In this document: piece by piece, positions 47,091 through 49,730 of the stretch
Layout: each line of letters opens with the position of its first letter
Numbering within the stretch: the stretch's first letter is position 1
Assembly (NCBI GenBank): GCA_036679495.1
Contig: JAZDDE010000418.1
Span: 1-49,730, forward strand
DNA: 49,730 nucleotides
Source: Gemmatimonadota bacterium
GTDB lineage: Bacteria > Gemmatimonadota > Gemmatimonadetes > Palauibacterales > Palauibacteraceae
Direction of reading: 5' to 3'
Position numbers and translations under genes: made by a program
Notes under the pieces: generated by a model
The model's input: only the letters and a program-made list of their open reading frames with translations
The model's database searches: none
Told to the model about the DNA's origin: nothing

Positions 47091-47948
47091 CTAATAGGCC
47101 AGCAGCCACCTGGGAGCCGTAATTTCGCCCGCGAAGCCCCCGAAACCCGATGCTTCGTGCAGGATGAGCAGCCGGCCGGTGCGCCGAACGCTGTCGACGA
47201 TCGAATCTGTGTCCAGCGGCCGCAGCGTACGCAGGTCGATCACTTCGACTTGAGCTCCATCCTCGCCCGCGATTCGTTCGGCCGCGTCCCCTGCCTTGTA
47301 CACCATGGCGCCGTACGTAACGATCGTCAGATCGTTACCGGGTCTGTGAATCCTGGCCACTCCAAGCGGAACGATGATTTCCTCATCGACCGGGAGATCC
47401 TCTTTGATCCTTCGGTACAGAAACTTGTGCTCGAAGAAGAGTACGGGATCCGGGTCGCGTATGGCCGACCGGAGCAGCCCCTTCGCGTCACGTGCCGTAG
47501 CTGGCGCTACCATCTTGAGGCCTGCCACATTGGCGAAATATGACTCGACGTTTTGCGAGTGGAACGGGCCCGCCCTGGCTCCCCCTCCACACGGTCCGCG
47601 GATCACCAGACCCGCGCCGATCCCGGTCCGGTATCTGGATTTGGCCGCGAAATTCACGATCATGTCAAACGCCGGGGCGATAAAATCGATGAATTGCATC
47701 TCGGCCACGGGCTTCAAGCCCATGTGCGCCGCGCCGATGGCTGCTCCTACGATAGCAGCCTCGCTGATGGGCGTGTCGATGACTCTCTCGGGCCCAAATT
47801 CTTCCAAGAAACCCGCGGTGACCTTGAAGGCGCCGCCGTACTCACCAATGTCTTCCCCCAGCAGGAAGACAGACTCATCTGTCTTCATCTCCTCCCACAT
47901 AGCCTCTCGAATCGCTTCGAGGTACGTGGTTTCGCGCAGCTCAGACAT
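47091..47948 (-). CDS. 2-oxoacid dehydrogenase E1 beta subunit (apparent internal C-terminal deletion)
   Basis: GEDIG.YGG, DTPISE, EMQF.DF, HSQ, FEHK, DLRTLRPLD. Only 285 aa and lacks the usual LDAP...VP segment. Confidence 0.88.
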   Translation of the reverse strand: MSELRETTYLEAIREAMWEEMKTDESVFLLGEDIGEYGGAFKVTAGFLEEFGPERVIDTPISEAAIVGAAIGAAHMGLKPVAEMQFIDFIAPAFDMIVNFAAKSRYRTGIGAGLVIRGPCGGGARAGPFHSQNVESYFANVAGLKMVAPATARDAKGLLRSAIRDPDPVLFFEHKFLYRRIKEDLPVDEEIIVPLGVARIHRPGNDLTIVTYGAMVYKAGDAAERIAGEDGAQVEVIDLRTLRPLDTDSIVDSVRRTGRLLILHEASGFGGFAGEITAPRWLLAY

Positions 47949-47956
47949 ACGGTCGG

Positions 47957-49000
47957 CTATCCTCGGGTCTGGGTTGGCCTGAAAGCGGCCAGATCAGCGT
48001 AGACGTGGTCTCGCCGCGTCCACGGGACCGGCGGGGCCAGCGCCTCGTCCGCATAGACCCGCGTTCTGGCCTCTTCACCGTCCGGAGCGGGCTCCGCCAC
48101 CACCGCTTCGGCTGCTTCGGCGATCTCCTTCTCCACATCGTTCTTCATCCGGTCGAGCTCCGCTCGCTCGGCGAATCCGGATTCCACCAGGTATGTCTCA
48201 AAGCGCGCGATAGGGTCGCGCTCTCGCCAGCGCTCCAGCTCTTCGGCCGGGACGTACTTCTGCGCATCGTGCTGGGCGTGGCCAAGCATTCGATACGTTT
48301 CAGCCACGATCATCGTCATTCCATCACCGCGGCGCGCTCTGGCGACCGCCCTGACAGTCTCGTCGTACACCTGAAGAACATCGTTCCCGTCCACCTCGGC
48401 GCACGGGACACCATACGCCTCAGCTACATCCACCCATTTCTCCACGGCCGACTCGCTGGTACAGCGGGTGCCAAAGGCCCAGCGATTGTGCTCCAATACG
48501 ACGATCATGGGGAGTTCGAGCACCGCCGCGAAGTTCAACCCCTCGTGAGACGCGCCGGTCCGGCTCGCCCCCTCGCCTTGATAGGTCATGCAGACCTGTT
48601 CCTGGCCGCGCATTTTGAAGCTGAGAGCGACGCCGTTGAGCACGCAGAGCTGCGTTCCGAGTGGGCTGATAGGACCGACTAGCCCGAGTTCAGGTACCGT
48701 GAAATGGGTCGTATTGTCTTTGCCGGCACACGGTGAGCTGCCCCGGGCCGTGTACTGGCGTAGCATCTCGGCCGGATCCAGACCTCGGACGAACAGGGCG
48801 CCCATGTCCCGGATCGATGGCGCCAGCCAATCTCCATCCTGCAGCGCGAATGCGCTGGCCACGGCCGTGCCCTCCTGGCCCAGACTTCGGTAGAGACCAC
48901 CGACAATGTGTCCCTGCTTGAACAACACCTCGAGACGCTCTTCCAGCGCGCGCGTCACGTGCATGAATCGGCAAAGCTTCAGCAGGTCCGGCCCGGTCAA
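47957..49000 (-). CDS. 2-oxoacid dehydrogenase E1 alpha subunit (probably branched-chain type)
   Basis: GQEG, TPP motif GEGA...HN, VDGND, YRMLGH, RDPI. Start uncertain (TTG 49000 or CTG 49009). Confidence 0.9.
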   Translation of the reverse strand: MTGPDLLKLCRFMHVTRALEERLEVLFKQGHIVGGLYRSLGQEGTAVASAFALQDGDWLAPSIRDMGALFVRGLDPAEMLRQYTARGSSPCAGKDNTTHFTVPELGLVGPISPLGTQLCVLNGVALSFKMRGQEQVCMTYQGEGASRTGASHEGLNFAAVLELPMIVVLEHNRWAFGTRCTSESAVEKWVDVAEAYGVPCAEVDGNDVLQVYDETVRAVARARRGDGMTMIVAETYRMLGHAQHDAQKYVPAEELERWRERDPIARFETYLVESGFAERAELDRMKNDVEKEIAEAAEAVVAEPAPDGEEARTRVYADEALAPPVPWTRRDHVYADLAAFRPTQTRG

Positions 49001-49085
49001 AGAGCTCAGCGTACGATCCTCATGAGTAGCTCGGGGGTGCCCAGGAACCCCGAACCTATCGCCCAAAAGCCCATCCGTAAACTCG

Positions 49086-49103
49086 CTTTACGTAAAGGTA
49101 AAG
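49086..49103. promoter_or_regulatory. LiuR-like palindromic operator
   Basis: CTTTACGTAAAGGTAAAG, one mismatch to sTTTACGTwwACGTAAAs (consensus recalled from memory), upstream of E1 alpha. Confidence 0.6.
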
Positions 49104-49131
49104 TAATAGGGCTATGCGGTTTGAGCCGTGT

Positions 49132-49730
49132 TCAGGGCGAGAAGGGCAGCTCCACGACCCGAATTGGGGATTGGAGCTCCGGGGAGCCGGCGACTTCTGC
49201 TCCAGGCTCGATTTCGCGGCGCACGTAGCCCAGCGCGATATGGCCGAAGGTAGGCGAGGCAGCAGCAGATGTTACACGGCCAACGATGCGTCCGCCTGCT
49301 GCCAGCTCGAGGCCTTGCCGCAGAGGTTCGTCGGACCGAAGGCCCCGCAGAAGACGATTCACATGCCCGCGGTAGTGAATCCTCGCCACAACTTCCTGGC
49401 CCGTATAGCAGCCCTTGGTAAGACTAATGGCGCGGCCCTCCTGCCCTGTTTCCTGCGGCAAATTGTCGAGGCTGATGTCCGGGCCGTACACTGGCAAGCC
49501 GCGCTCAATCCGCAGGACTTCCCAGGCTTCCTCACACACTACAGCTCCGCCTGCCTCCACTACCGCGGCGCTCAGTTGAAACAGCAGGTTCACTGGGCCT
49601 TCCTCGACGTACAGGTTGAACCCGGGTCCATAGATCGCCTCAAGGCGAACCAGGACCGCCTCGACTCCGTCAGGAAATCGCGTGGGCCTAACCCCTTGGG
49701 CAGGCATACTTGCAGGATCGGCCCCTGCTA
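49132..49730 (-). CDS. ygfZ: YgfZ/GcvT-family folate-binding protein, 5'-truncated
   Basis: LRIERG, KGCYTGQE signature, RGHVNR, GRVTS...IALGYV. Confidence 0.88.
   Translation of the reverse strand, partial: AGADPASMPAQGVRPTRFPDGVEAVLVRLEAIYGPGFNLYVEEGPVNLLFQLSAAVVEAGGAVVCEEAWEVLRIERGLPVYGPDISLDNLPQETGQEGRAISLTKGCYTGQEVVARIHYRGHVNRLLRGLRSDEPLRQGLELAAGGRIVGRVTSAAASPTFGHIALGYVRREIEPGAEVAGSPELQSPIRVVELPFSP

Noticed and set aside
49132-49730. Candidate for the missing gcvT
   Set aside because: The KGCYTGQE motif marks YgfZ rather than the aminomethyltransferase.

Overview
GC-rich bacterial chromosome segment spanning the replication origin. The gene set and order suggest Gemmatimonadota (inference). 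Left to right: a partial TPR-rich exported protein, a TonB-dependent receptor, a lone exbB/tolQ, a six-gene peptide ABC operon, a lipoate/octanoyl ligase, and the glycine cleavage genes (gcvH-gcvPA-[metallo-hydrolase]-gcvPB, with gcvPB frameshifted). Next come a DUF1707 protein, a candidate small transcript, dapF-mutY, and MBL/Nudix/Yip1 genes. The origin block is dnaN-oriC-dnaA, rpmH-rnpA-yidD-yidC-mnmE, a degenerate Fpg-like gene plus acylphosphatase, mnmG, and parS-parA-parB-M23-bactofilin. The right part holds a Ca/Na antiporter, an AbrB/PIN pair, mqnD, DUF1015, a HAD hydrolase, a sigma54 two-component/MFP/ABC-ATPase module without a permease, a 2-oxoacid dehydrogenase E1a-E1b-E2 operon and a partial ygfZ. 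Most of it is housekeeping. The best leads are two apparent pseudo-enzymes (Fpg-like and PIN), a LiuR-like operator, a candidate sORF/sRNA with a 12-nt match to the 16S 3' end, a permease-less sigma54-driven export module, a B. subtilis-type DnaA-trio unwinding element, and two internal deletions in lipoate-dependent enzymes. No rRNA, tRNA, CRISPR array or IS element was recognised. All calls come from motif reading by eye; no database searches were run.
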